Assembly: GCA_965262895.1 (NCBI GenBank)
Contig: OZ253568.1
Location: 3,086,479-3,150,478, forward strand
DNA from: Chloroflexota bacterium
Lineage (GTDB): Bacteria; Chloroflexota; UBA6077; FW602-bin22; JBCLEL01
DNA length: 64,000 nucleotides
Reading direction: 5' to 3'
Under the pieces are notes generated by a model, which saw nothing but the letters and a program-made list of their open reading frames with translations, searched no databases and had not been told where the DNA came from. Below, piece by piece: positions 28,837 through 38,304 of the stretch; within the stretch, counting starts at the first letter, position 1; every line of letters begins with the position of its first letter. Made by a program: the position numbers and the translations under genes.

Positions 28837-29817
28837 CTAGCTGGGACCTCGCGACAGTATGCCGGCGCGAGCCATTGATTCTTCTACCCCGGACCCAGGG
28901 CGTCCGTCGTCCAATTGGTCGACGATTGGCCGTATGCGCCCATCACCTACTCTGAGCCATTGCATCAACGTTGCAAAGTCTACGCGTCGTTGGAGATCAT
29001 CTCGCATAGAGGCAATTGCTTCGATCAATGCTTGCCGAGTCCCGTAACGCCATTTGTCCAGGGTCTCGTTTGAGTAGGCGCCGGCTGATATCGCCGGAGC
29101 GGCGTGGCGCGACAACCCGTACTGCTCGGCGATCGGTCCGGCCGCGCTCCTGAGCGCGCTGGACGACAGTCGAGTGAAATCGCTGCCTAGGGGCAGCCAT
29201 CCAACCATTGCGGAAAATGACTGATTGGGTGGTGAACTTAGTAGAAGATCTAATTCGGAACGGTCGTTGTCGCCTCGAGGCGCGACCATGAACCTCGCCA
29301 ACCGAAAAAGTTGGCCCAGTTCCCGGTCGCGGTCTTGGTAATATCGCGGATCCAAGATCTGCACGATCTTGTCGAAGCCTACCAGGAAAGTGAGCCCGCC
29401 AAGCTTGGGAAACGCTTTTCGGTAGGCGATTGCTTGATCGAGATACAGGCCAAGATTTGTTACAGCTACCGAGACTCTTTGATGGGCACGCGCAAGGTTG
29501 GTTAGTGACACCAACCGGTCTACAAGACTGGCGCCTTGTTGCTCTGTTTTGTCTATGGTGTGGACGGCAATCGAGACTACTGCCTCGTCACACTGGTCGG
29601 TGCCTAGCGCCTGCTCAATAACTGCTTCGTGGGCAATCGTCAAGGGATTGAACGAGCCGGCGAAAACTGCCATCCGGCGGCCCGGCGCAGCAACACCGGG
29701 CGTCGCGTACATTACCTTGACGATTGGGGCGGCGCTCTGCCTCAGTTGGGCCACGCTGTGCCGAATGGAAAGCGCCAAACCGAGATCGTCGAACGCCGCG
29801 AATCCAGGTGAATTCAA
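28837..29817 (-). CDS. NadD-like nucleotidyltransferase domain protein with ~110-aa C-terminal extension
   Basis: GSFNPLTIAH (the GxFxPxHxGH-type motif) and LSSSALR (ISSTxIR-type motif) of NMN/NaMN adenylyltransferases. The C-terminal third is unassigned. Confidence 0.65.
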   Translation of the reverse strand: MNSPGFAAFDDLGLALSIRHSVAQLRQSAAPIVKVMYATPGVAAPGRRMAVFAGSFNPLTIAHEAVIEQALGTDQCDEAVVSIAVHTIDKTEQQGASLVDRLVSLTNLARAHQRVSVAVTNLGLYLDQAIAYRKAFPKLGGLTFLVGFDKIVQILDPRYYQDRDRELGQLFRLARFMVAPRGDNDRSELDLLLSSPPNQSFSAMVGWLPLGSDFTRLSSSALRSAAGPIAEQYGLSRHAAPAISAGAYSNETLDKWRYGTRQALIEAIASMRDDLQRRVDFATLMQWLRVGDGRIRPIVDQLDDGRPGSGVEESMARAGILSRGPS

Positions 29818-29864
29818 GCCAAATCCGCTTGCCGGATCAGGTGAAAATCCTCAGACTGGTGACC

Positions 29865-30122
29865 TCAGACCGCCGCCTGGACCTTTTCTTCCACTTGGTC
29901 GGTTATCTCTTTGAGGTCCGGGAATCTCCCAGTGTCCCACTTCGAGTGTATTTGCTCGCCGTCCACTGAGACCTCGAAGGCTCCGTTGAGACCGCCAATC
30001 AGCTTAACTGAGCCCACTTGACCCTTGAACTTAGTCATGATCTCGGCCGCCGTCCAGGCGGCCCGCAGCTGATAGTTTCAAGGTACGCAGTAGATTATTT
30101 CCATGTGGAACGTATTATCCAT
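29865..30122 (-). CDS. SelW/SelT/SelH (Rdx) family selenoprotein, CxxU with in-frame UGA at 30080-30078
   Basis: Not in the ORF track. GGAGGAG RBS 5 nt before the ATG. Translation: MDNTFHMEIIYCVPUNYQLRAAWTAAEIMTKFKGQVGSVKLIGGLNGAFEVSVDGEQIHSKWDTGRFPDLKEITDQVEEKVQAAV. It fits the Rdx pattern IEYCxxC/U..RA.W...E.......v.L.....G.FEV.VDG..i.SK...GRFP. Confidence 0.8.
30045..30063 (-). promoter_or_regulatory. putative bacterial SECIS hairpin
   Basis: In the mRNA, 14 nt after the UGA: GGCCGCC-UGGAC-GGCGGCC (7 GC pairs, 5-nt loop). Confidence 0.5.
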
Positions 30123-30301
30123 GTCACTCCTCCATTTGGCTTTGTGGGCTGAATCGGCACGCGTCCCTCCGCCCGCCAATCCATGCCCTACTTCTCTCTG
30201 TGGCTATTGTAGCTGATTCCATAGCGCGCGGCAGCACACTTCGCCGGCAAGGCGCGGCATCGAAGCGAATCCGCGGGTTGTGACCACCGACCGTCACCTA
30301 C

Positions 30302-30583
30302 GTAAGTATTGAGATTTAGGGGTACCTACTCCGTATGGGCGTAATATCGCACCAATGAGGCTCTATCACAGGCGAAGACGTCTGATCAAGGAAAGCCAGG
30401 ACAGGGTTGCACGGGCGAAGTCCTTGCCGGGGGATGTGAGGGATGAGGTCGACCAGCTCGTGGATTTCGCATCGATAGGTTGGAAGTCACCACTTAATCG
30501 CCGACTGAGGTCCCGAATCGCGACTCGGCTTTTCCGGTGCACGGGCATGGAGGAGACAAATACACCCAAATCTGAACTGTTAC
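30302..30583. mobile_element. MITE copy 3 (basal 282-bp form, no nested insertion)
   Basis: Ends GTAAGTATTGAGATTTAGGGG and ...CACCCAAATCTGAACTGTTAC. Perfect 8-bp target duplication TCACCTAC (30294-30301 and 30584-30591). Confidence 0.8.
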
Positions 30584-30704
30584 TCACCTACCGTCTTCAA
30601 ATCCGTGTGCGCGGAAGCGCCCTATAATATATTTGTGGCTCGCACTATTCGATTGTATTACGAGCATTGCAGCGACGGGCGAATCCACCAAAAAGGAGTG
30701 AGAC

Positions 30705-31106
30705 GTGCATTCGATACCGATTGGTACGCGAGGCGAAGCCAGTGAGATGGTGAGCGAGCAAGAGACCGCGAGCGCCGTCGCCAGCGGTGCGGTTCCAACA
30801 TTCGCCACGCCGGCGATGATTGCTCTGATGGAGCGGGCATCGGTGAACGCCATTCGGCGTTTCTTGGACGAAGGGCAAGACAGCGTGGGAACGCTAGTCA
30901 ACGTGACGCATCTGGCCCCTACGCCGGTAGGATGTAGGGTGCAAGCGGAGGCCGAGGTCACCGCAGTAGATGGCAGAAAAATCATGTTCAAGGTTTGTGC
31001 ATCTGACCCAATCGAGTTGATCGGAGAGGGCACACACGAGAGAGTGCTTGTGGATCGAGCAAAGTTTATTTCGAAGGCAGCGACCAAAGGCCGCGGCCTC
31101 GGTTAG
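30705..31106 (+). CDS. hotdog-fold thioesterase family protein
   Basis: 133 aa. ..VPTFATPAMIALMERAS.. and ..GTHERVLVD.. resemble FlK-type/4HBT-like thioesterases. Confidence 0.7.
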   Translation: MHSIPIGTRGEASEMVSEQETASAVASGAVPTFATPAMIALMERASVNAIRRFLDEGQDSVGTLVNVTHLAPTPVGCRVQAEAEVTAVDGRKIMFKVCASDPIELIGEGTHERVLVDRAKFISKAATKGRGLG

Positions 31107-31114
31107 ATTCTCGT

Positions 31115-32410
31115 ATGCCTAGTTCAACCGAGCTGATTACCCTGGCGCGGCAGCGCTTGAACGCGGGTGATGTCGAGTACGTTGCCCAATGCTGTCGCAT
31201 CATTCTGAATCATTTGCCGGCCCATATACCCGCGCACCTGTTGCTCGCGGAGTGTCTGTCAAGTATCAACGAATATGGGCAGGCCAAGGACCTGTCGCAG
31301 AGGGTACTCAGCTCTGTACCGGACAACCTCCGGGCTCTTCGTACGCTAGGGTCCGCGATTGTTGAAACCGACGGACTTGGTGCCGCCGAATATGTGTATC
31401 AGATCGCGTACGATAATCACTCGTTCCATCCCGAGCTACCCGGCGAAATCGAAGATGTCTTGGGAAAGCGACTCACCCTATCGAATATAGGATTGGCTCG
31501 ACTTAGCCTGAACTCAGGCCAATTCTTGGACGCCGCCGGGGCGCTCAATCGGGCACTCGCGGTCGATCCGCGGCGCTTGGATGCCCGGGCGCTTCTGGCA
31601 CTTGCCTATCATCGCGTCGGTGATCGCTCATCTTCCGAAGCCGTGTGCAAGGATTTGCTTAATGACGCTCCGGATTGTCTGCCCGCCTTGGCAATGCTTT
31701 TGCACCATCTTATTCTCGACGGTTCCGGCTCGAATGAGGCGGAGCAGATAGTCTCGCATATTGCGGCCCGTGATCCATCCTACCTGTACGTCAGGGAAAT
31801 CTTGCCGGCGGAGATCCTGTCTCAGCTGCCCAGATCGGACATCGAGATCGACCTCGCTTCGGACGACTCGACCGATCCTCATCCATCTCCGCAACTCAAG
31901 AACGACGTCCCCAGAGGCTCCGATGGCGGGGAAACCGATGCCTGGATGTCCAAGATGATCCGCCCGTCGAACGCCGGCGAAACCGCTGCCGGCGTTCCTC
32001 CGGCCAATGCTCGATCAGACGAACCCAATCCGGCTCCGCATACGTCCCCGGCGAGTTCCGAGCGTCCGGGCATCCCGGGGATGTATCTGAAGGTGGCCGC
32101 GAAAGCTGATGAACAAGTGACCGGCTTGACGACGGAAGCAATGCGGCAACATATGGACAAGGCGTTGCGATTCCAGCAGAGCGACAAGTTTGACGAGGCC
32201 GTTTCGGAGTACGCCGCGATCTTGCGCTCGGACCCATCGCTGGCAGGTGAGATAGTAGATAACCTGCGATGGATCGTGTACGCTAAGCCCAATCACATCG
32301 CCGCTTTGAAGACGTTGGGAGACGCCTACATGAGAGTTGGTGATGTCGAAAAGGCGGTCGAGCAATACGATCGCGTGATGAGTCTCCGCGGATCAGGCAG
32401 CCGCAATTGA
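31115..32410 (+). CDS. TPR-repeat protein
   Basis: 431 aa. Multiple A/L-rich 34-residue repeats at both ends flank a low-complexity Pro/Ser-rich linker. Confidence 0.75.
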   Translation: MPSSTELITLARQRLNAGDVEYVAQCCRIILNHLPAHIPAHLLLAECLSSINEYGQAKDLSQRVLSSVPDNLRALRTLGSAIVETDGLGAAEYVYQIAYDNHSFHPELPGEIEDVLGKRLTLSNIGLARLSLNSGQFLDAAGALNRALAVDPRRLDARALLALAYHRVGDRSSSEAVCKDLLNDAPDCLPALAMLLHHLILDGSGSNEAEQIVSHIAARDPSYLYVREILPAEILSQLPRSDIEIDLASDDSTDPHPSPQLKNDVPRGSDGGETDAWMSKMIRPSNAGETAAGVPPANARSDEPNPAPHTSPASSERPGIPGMYLKVAAKADEQVTGLTTEAMRQHMDKALRFQQSDKFDEAVSEYAAILRSDPSLAGEIVDNLRWIVYAKPNHIAALKTLGDAYMRVGDVEKAVEQYDRVMSLRGSGSRN

Positions 32411-32441
32411 TCGGAGGACCCTTGTTGGGTAGCAGGTTCAG

Positions 32442-32897
32442 ATGGAAAAAACTTTAATCATCATAAAACCCGATGGCGTAGAGCGAGGCATGGTGGGCGA
32501 GATTATCTCCCGCTTCGAGCGGCGCGGATTCAGGATCGGCGCCCTCAAGATGGTGAAGGTCGATCGCGCGTTGGCGGAACAGCATTATGCAGTCCACAAG
32601 GGCAAGTTCTTCTACGATGACCTCGTCAAATATATTTCCTCGTCGCCTGTGATTGTGGCCGTATTGGAAGGTCCAGATGTTATCAAAGCGACTCGCCTGA
32701 TGGTCGGCGCGACCCGGCCGGCCGAGGCGGCGCCTGGTACCATTCGCGGCGACCTCGCCGTCTCTACTCTGCGTAATCTGATCCATGCATCCGACGGGAT
32801 TGAAACAGCAAAGCAAGAGATCGCTCTGTGGTTCACCAAGGGTGGTGTTCTCGACTACCAGCGCGACATCGATTCCTGGATTTATGAGGCCGACTGA
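32442..32897 (+). CDS. ndk: nucleoside diphosphate kinase
   Basis: ..TLIIIKPDGV.. and ..NLIHASD.. (active-site His) motifs. Confidence 0.95.
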   Translation: MEKTLIIIKPDGVERGMVGEIISRFERRGFRIGALKMVKVDRALAEQHYAVHKGKFFYDDLVKYISSSPVIVAVLEGPDVIKATRLMVGATRPAEAAPGTIRGDLAVSTLRNLIHASDGIETAKQEIALWFTKGGVLDYQRDIDSWIYEAD

Positions 32898-32918
32898 GCC
32901 AGATTGCCGGCCCAATCG

Positions 32919-34127
32919 TCACGCCCCAAACTTCTTCAACCTGAGGGCGTGAGCCAACACCAACGCCATAATCGTTCTCGCAGGAAAGACGCCGAGGCCG
33001 CCGCCGGCGCAGGCCCGCTCACCGAACCTCGTAGTCTCATCTGGCATCGCCACCGGCGACGATAGCAAGAACGGCGTCGGATGCCACGAGTGACTCCCAA
33101 GATTCGCCGGCGTGCTGTGGTCGCCGGTCACCACCAGAACTTGCGGCTTCAACTCGGTAATACGCGGCATTAGCCGGTCCACCTCCTCGATTACCGCAAC
33201 TTTGCCATCGAAGTCGCCGTCTTCGCCCCTCGAGTCAGTCGGTTTGACGTGCACGAAGAAGAATTCGTATTCGCCGTAGGCGCTCGTCAGCGTGTCGAAC
33301 TCTTCGCCGATCGACTTCCCGGTTGCAAGAGCGTCCATGCCCACCAGCCGGCCGAGTCCACGGTACATGGGATATGCGGCGATGGCCGCGCATCTTATGC
33401 CGTGCGCTTCCGACAACGTTGTGAGCGAAGGAAGCTTGGCAAATCCTCGCAGCAGGATCATATTTGCCGGATGTTCATCTGACAACTCGCGCCGAGCCTC
33501 TCCAATGAACCGGCTGACGATTGAGGCGGTTGCCTCGGCACTTGGACTATCCGCTCTGGGTTCCAGCGGCGAGACACCAACATGCTGAGGATCGGTATCG
33601 GACAATGCCCCGGACAGGTTCTCGCCCCGGAAAACGACGACCGCCCGATGCTCGCTCTCGGTCTCCAGAAAAATCTGTACTCCCGGCACTCTGATCGCCC
33701 TCAACTTGTCGCACAGCCGGCGGTTCAGCTCACTTGAGATACGGCCGGCACGTCGGTCGATGACTACGCCTTGACGATCGATAGTCGCGAAATTGATTCG
33801 GGCAGCCAGATCGTCTTTACCTAGCTCGAAGTCGACGCCGAGAGCCGACAACACGCCTCGTCCCACGTTTTCCGCGATAGGATCGTATCCGAAGAGCGCG
33901 AGGTGAGAAGGTCCGCTGCCCGGTGTGATACCCGGCCCCACGGTCTGGCTCAAACCGCATATTCCACCCGCCGCCAACTCGTCCAGGTTTGGCGTATTGG
34001 CTATTTCCAGCTCCGTCAATCCCTTATCTTTATGGGGAAGCCCGCCCAACCCATCCAGGACCAGCATCACGATTTTCGAATCTGCCGGCTGTTTCAATGC
34101 CGGCAAAAGTTCAATAGAATCTTGCAA
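32919..34127 (-). CDS. apgM: cofactor-independent phosphoglycerate mutase, archaeal type
   Basis: 402 aa with ..LVLDGLGG.. and ..VTGDHSTP.. motifs. Confidence 0.9.
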   Translation of the reverse strand: MQDSIELLPALKQPADSKIVMLVLDGLGGLPHKDKGLTELEIANTPNLDELAAGGICGLSQTVGPGITPGSGPSHLALFGYDPIAENVGRGVLSALGVDFELGKDDLAARINFATIDRQGVVIDRRAGRISSELNRRLCDKLRAIRVPGVQIFLETESEHRAVVVFRGENLSGALSDTDPQHVGVSPLEPRADSPSAEATASIVSRFIGEARRELSDEHPANMILLRGFAKLPSLTTLSEAHGIRCAAIAAYPMYRGLGRLVGMDALATGKSIGEEFDTLTSAYGEYEFFFVHVKPTDSRGEDGDFDGKVAVIEEVDRLMPRITELKPQVLVVTGDHSTPANLGSHSWHPTPFLLSSPVAMPDETTRFGERACAGGGLGVFPARTIMALVLAHALRLKKFGA

Positions 34128-34686
34128 GAGACCGCCTTGGTTGCTTCAATTCGTTCGATAGATGGGCGTCTATGTCGCTCAGAGTTTGGGCCAGACGTGG
34201 GAAAAACACCCAGACCGTGGAAGCTCCGAACAACCCACCGGTCGTCACGCGCAGCAGCCAATCGCTCTCTCGCACCCCGAACATCTGCGATAGGCCATCG
34301 ATCATCATTGGTGCTATTGCTAGCATATACAGCTTTATCGGCATCGGTCCTACTAGCCTAGAGACGCGATGATAGATGATACTTGATACAAACAACCCGA
34401 AATAGATCCCTATCTCGCGTTGACAAACTGCCACCTGATGGCCAAGTACGAAGAAGCTCCGTTCCCGTTCTTGGTGGCATGCCACGCTGAAGCCCACGAA
34501 TATTGTATGGGCCAATTCATCGTAGCCGATCGCCGCAAGCACCGGAGTCAGTAACGGCATCAGCGCGAAGATTCCAAAGACGACCGTCAGCGAACCCAAG
34601 AAAAGACCGAGCCCACGTCGCGTGATAATCGCCGCCAAGGTCAACATTGCCGTCCCGCAAACATTTGCCGCCCCGGCCGGCAGCAA
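34111..34686 (-). CDS. DUF2085-family membrane protein
   Basis: The CHQERERSF....VCQREIGIY pattern is typical of DUF2085; multiple TM segments. Confidence 0.7.
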   Translation of the reverse strand: MLPAGAANVCGTAMLTLAAIITRRGLGLFLGSLTVVFGIFALMPLLTPVLAAIGYDELAHTIFVGFSVACHQERERSFFVLGHQVAVCQREIGIYFGLFVSSIIYHRVSRLVGPMPIKLYMLAIAPMMIDGLSQMFGVRESDWLLRVTTGGLFGASTVWVFFPRLAQTLSDIDAHLSNELKQPRRSLARFY

Positions 34687-34700
34687 CCTATAATCTTGGC

Positions 34701-34772
34701 GGGCCGCTAGCTCAATGGTAGAGCAACGGACTTTTAATCCGCAGGTTCAGGGTTCGATTCCCTGGCGGCCTA
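34701..34772 (+). tRNA. tRNA-Lys (anticodon TTT)
   Basis: Cloverleaf folded by hand: acceptor GGGCCGC/GCGGCCT, D arm GCTC-AATGGTA-GAGC, anticodon loop CTTTTAA, T arm CAGGG-TTCGATT-CCCTG. Confidence 0.9.
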
Positions 34773-34839
34773 CCGCCATCGACCATTTCCATTATGCACG
34801 CCCCGCGCCTATGGTAGCAACGCCGGCCGGCCCAAAGAG

Positions 34840-34935
34840 GAACCTGTAGCGCTGGGGCTTGTCCCCAGCCAAAGCCCAGCGTCCCCGTAGGGGCGATTCA
34901 CGAATCGCCCTTGGGTGCGGTAATGGCCACGCCCG
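34840..34935. repeat. REP-like units D and F
   Basis: Contains TGTAGCGCTGGGGCTTGTCCCCAGC and GGGGCGATTCACGAATCGCCC. Confidence 0.6.
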
Positions 34936-35069
34936 CCGGCCGGCCCCATCCTTGCCCCCAATACCGGCATTACCACTTCACACCCCGTGGGTTACACTGC
35001 AAAAAACAAACAACCACCGCGAATCCGCACTGCAGTCACGCGGAGAATCCAACTTGGCCACCGCACGAA

Positions 35070-35225
35070 CAACCGAACCCGGCGACACCGTCACCGGCTA
35101 CGAGTCCCAGCTTCGGCGGATGGCCGACGCCTTGCGCGGCAGCCGGCCGAAGCCCGCCGGCTGGATGCGGCCATTGACGCTAATCTGGACAGCTTGGGCT
35201 TCATCTCCAATCAGGAGGACGCCGA

Positions 35226-35229
<4 letters not shown>
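35070..35229 (+). pseudogene. possible type I R-M methylase (hsdM) remnant
   Basis: ..GYESQLRRMADALRGS.. resembles HsdM N-termini (LE..LW..AD.LRG). A shifted frame ends ..EARRLDAAIDANLDSLGF, resembling the C-terminus. The ~450 aa in between are missing. Confidence 0.3.
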
Positions 35230-35866
<637 letters not shown>

Positions 35867-35875
35867 GGACGCGTC

Positions 35876-36229
35876 ATGCGGGTAAAGCTCGACGATAACC
35901 TGCCACTCCAGCTCAGCCGCCTTTTCACTGAATCCGGCCACGACGCCGTCACAGTCCTCGACGAGGGGATTGGCGGCGCAACAGATGCAGAAATCGCGTC
36001 GGTCTGCCTCGCTGAGGAACGCGTGCTGGTGACGCAAGACGTGGACTTCGCCGATATCAGGATGTATCCACCGGGCGACTATCCCGGCATCGTCGTATTC
36101 CGGCTCGCCAGCCAAACGCGGGACCTTATCTTAGAGGTCGGTGCCCGGTTGATTGAAACGCTGGCCGGCTCATCCCCTAAAGGCCAACCCTGGATAGTGG
36201 AAGATGCACGAGTGCGCATCAGGGAGTGA
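35876..36229 (+). CDS. DUF5615 (PIN-like) toxin-like protein
   Basis: MRVKLDDNLPLQL...GHDAVTV.....GATDAEI......E.RVLVTQDVDF is typical of DUF5615 partners of DUF433. Confidence 0.75.
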   Translation: MRVKLDDNLPLQLSRLFTESGHDAVTVLDEGIGGATDAEIASVCLAEERVLVTQDVDFADIRMYPPGDYPGIVVFRLASQTRDLILEVGARLIETLAGSSPKGQPWIVEDARVRIRE

Positions 36230-36232
36230 TCT

Positions 36233-36385
36233 ATGACCACCATCACCAAAGCCGGCATAGAGCAGGCCGGCCTAGCCTGGCTCCCCGGCGCCGGCTGGCG
36301 AATTGCCCACGGGCCGGACATCGCGCCCGGCACTTCCGGCTGGGTAGCGACAGGTCCGGCAGGTAATCCTGAGATACCGGCTTGA
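36233..36385 (+). pseudogene. type I restriction enzyme HsdR N-terminal remnant (50 codons)
   Basis: ..IEQAGLAWLPGAGWRIAHGPDIAPG.. matches the conserved HsdR N-terminus (E.AAL.WL..LGW....GPDIAP). The rest of the ~1000-aa protein is absent. Confidence 0.45.
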
Positions 36386-36397
36386 AGGGGAAGATCA

Positions 36398-36610
36398 ATG
36401 CACAAGTACGAGATCATCATCTATTGGAGCAATGAAGACGGCGTATATGTCGCCGAAGCGCCCGAGCTTCAGGGATGCGCGGCCCACGGCGACACGCAAG
36501 AAGCTGCACTTGAGAGCATCGGCCAAGCCGTGGACTTGTGGCTTGAAACAGCGCGAGAGTTCGGCGACCCAATCCCGGAACCCAAGGGCGGGCGCCTCAT
36601 GCTGACATAG
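36398..36610 (+). CDS. hicB: HicB-family antitoxin (UPF0150)
   Basis: ..YEIIIYWSNEDGVYVAEAPELQGCAAHGDTQEAAL... No hicA is detectable next to it. Confidence 0.8.
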   Translation: MHKYEIIIYWSNEDGVYVAEAPELQGCAAHGDTQEAALESIGQAVDLWLETAREFGDPIPEPKGGRLMLT

Positions 36611-37079
36611 GAAACACCACGGCCACCATCGCCGAAGCCGGCCTCTCCTAGCCCACCCGGCTACACCACCAGCGTCGACCCCCTCGGCCGGCTCTTGCCC
36701 CCATGCACCGACGGCTCCGCGCACCACTTCGCCGCCAGCCGGCGCACCCCGACGTAGGTGTCCTCGTCGAACTCCAGCAGGTCGCAGACCACCCGGCGGT
36801 CCAGCAGCGCCCGATTCGGATCCGCGTCCGCTAGGTAGGCCGGCTTCAGCTCCTTGCCTCGGAAATACTCGATGGGTCGCCGGCTGCCGGCCGGACAGCA
36901 TACCCTGTAGCAGGCTGCCCATCGCGTTGTTGGCGCTAGGTTCGGTCTGGTGTGGCATATTGCTATTCAGCGGCTCTCCCGCCGGCGGGTCCAGTCGACG
37001 CGTGCCGCATTCTGTCTTGAGGGCGGACGGATTTGCGTTAGCGCCGGAGCATTGTCTCACCCGGCCCTACGCTCCTACA

Positions 37080-37475
37080 TCATTCTAAGCGCTCGACTCC
37101 AGGACACGTGTCGTAGTCGCGATCGAAGCTTAGGATACGATTTGTCCCGGCCCTGCGCATCATGACCACGTGCAAGGCATCTCGTGCGGAAAGGCCGTCC
37201 ACTGAACCGATGAACGCTCTGGCGGCACGGACCTCAGACATGCCAAATGTCAGGATTTCGTCGACAATGGCATCCAAGCTCTTGAAAGCAGGGTCGATGG
37301 CATCGAGCCGCCGAATCGCCGTGTATCTATGAAATATCTCCTGGTAGACCTCCGCGTCGGTGACGAATTGTTCTCCGTCGCGCACAAACTGGGTCAATAT
37401 AGCTAGGGCGCGGTCCTTGTTTGGAGGGGCAGCCCCTACCAGGTACATCGGTACGTTGGAGTCGATGAAGATCAC
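37080..37475 (-). CDS. vapC: PIN-domain toxin VapC
   Basis: The GTG start overlaps the vapB stop (GTGA). VIFIDSNVPMY...D.....E.......D..H......G...ILSFDRDYD shows the PIN acidic residues. Confidence 0.85.
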   Translation of the reverse strand: MIFIDSNVPMYLVGAAPPNKDRALAILTQFVRDGEQFVTDAEVYQEIFHRYTAIRRLDAIDPAFKSLDAIVDEILTFGMSEVRAARAFIGSVDGLSARDALHVVMMRRAGTNRILSFDRDYDTCPGVERLE

Positions 37476-37717
37476 GTCAGACGTCGCCCTGATTCGATCT
37501 CCCGTAGCATGATTTCTATATCGGCTGTTGGAAACTCGTGCCGCGACGCATCGGCGATGGCGCGCAGCTTCGTTTCGACCGTTGCGGGGTCGTCCGCCTT
37601 TGCCTTGCGCAGCGCTTGCCGGACCCACTCGGCGAGCGTCATTCGCTGCCGGCGGGCGACAGCCTGAATCTCTGAGTATTCCTCCTCATCCAGGAGGACT
37701 TGCAGTCGTTTAGCCAT
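37472..37717 (-). CDS. vapB: ribbon-helix-helix antitoxin VapB
   Basis: 81 aa. MAKRLQVLLDEEEYSEIQAVARRQRMTLAEWVRQAL is an RHH/CopG-type N-terminus. Confidence 0.75.
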   Translation of the reverse strand: MAKRLQVLLDEEEYSEIQAVARRQRMTLAEWVRQALRKAKADDPATVETKLRAIADASRHEFPTADIEIMLREIESGRRLT

Positions 37718-37839
37718 GCGGACAGTCTAATTAACTCATATTCAATTAATCCACTACAGTCCTGATTGGTAGCTGCTCGAACGTCGGCGGGCCAGTTTTG
37801 TTAGCGACCGCTACGAAACCATCACCCGGACTGCGATCC

Positions 37840-38075
37840 GGGATTGATGGATCCCGTCACTCCCGCCAGTCCCGGTCACCCCGGCGAGTGCCGTAACTCC
37901 GGCCCCCTCCCAACTCGTCATTCCGGCGCCGGCATGCACCGTTCCCTGATACGGAGGATAGGGCGAACAGGTAACGTCCGGGAATCCGGCCTCCCAACAA
38001 CAACCAACATCCCTGTTGGGGCGACTCGCGAATCGCCCTGGGTTGGGGGTACTGGCAAAATCCCCGCCGCCGGCG
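37840..38075. repeat. REP-like hairpin cluster (G-like, C-like, F)
   Basis: Contains GATGGATCCCGTCACTCCCGC, CGTCATTCCGGCGCCGGCATG and GGGCGACTCGCGAATCGCCCTGGGTTGGGGGTACTGGCAAAATCCC. Confidence 0.6.
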
Positions 38076-38304
38076 TCCGACGCGGCCGAACCGACCGGTG
38101 CTGCTAACGTCTACGCGCCGGCTGGCGACACGCGGACGGGGATCGTTCGCCACTCAGCTCCCCTATGTAGAATTGGACACAAGCATCGTCGCGCCAGTCC
38201 AATATGCACTGGAGCATCGTCCTCACCTGTTTTTGCGCGGGTGCATCGGCATTCGCAATTGCGCCGGCCGTGAGTAACCTTGCCGCCACGAGGAGCCGAA
38301 TCCA

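Noticed and set aside
36395-37060. 221-aa minus-strand ORF
   Set aside because: It is Arg/Gly/Ala/Pro-rich low-complexity translation. Its C-terminal third is antisense to the well-supported hicB gene. Only a short stretch in a different frame looks like a genuine gene remnant.
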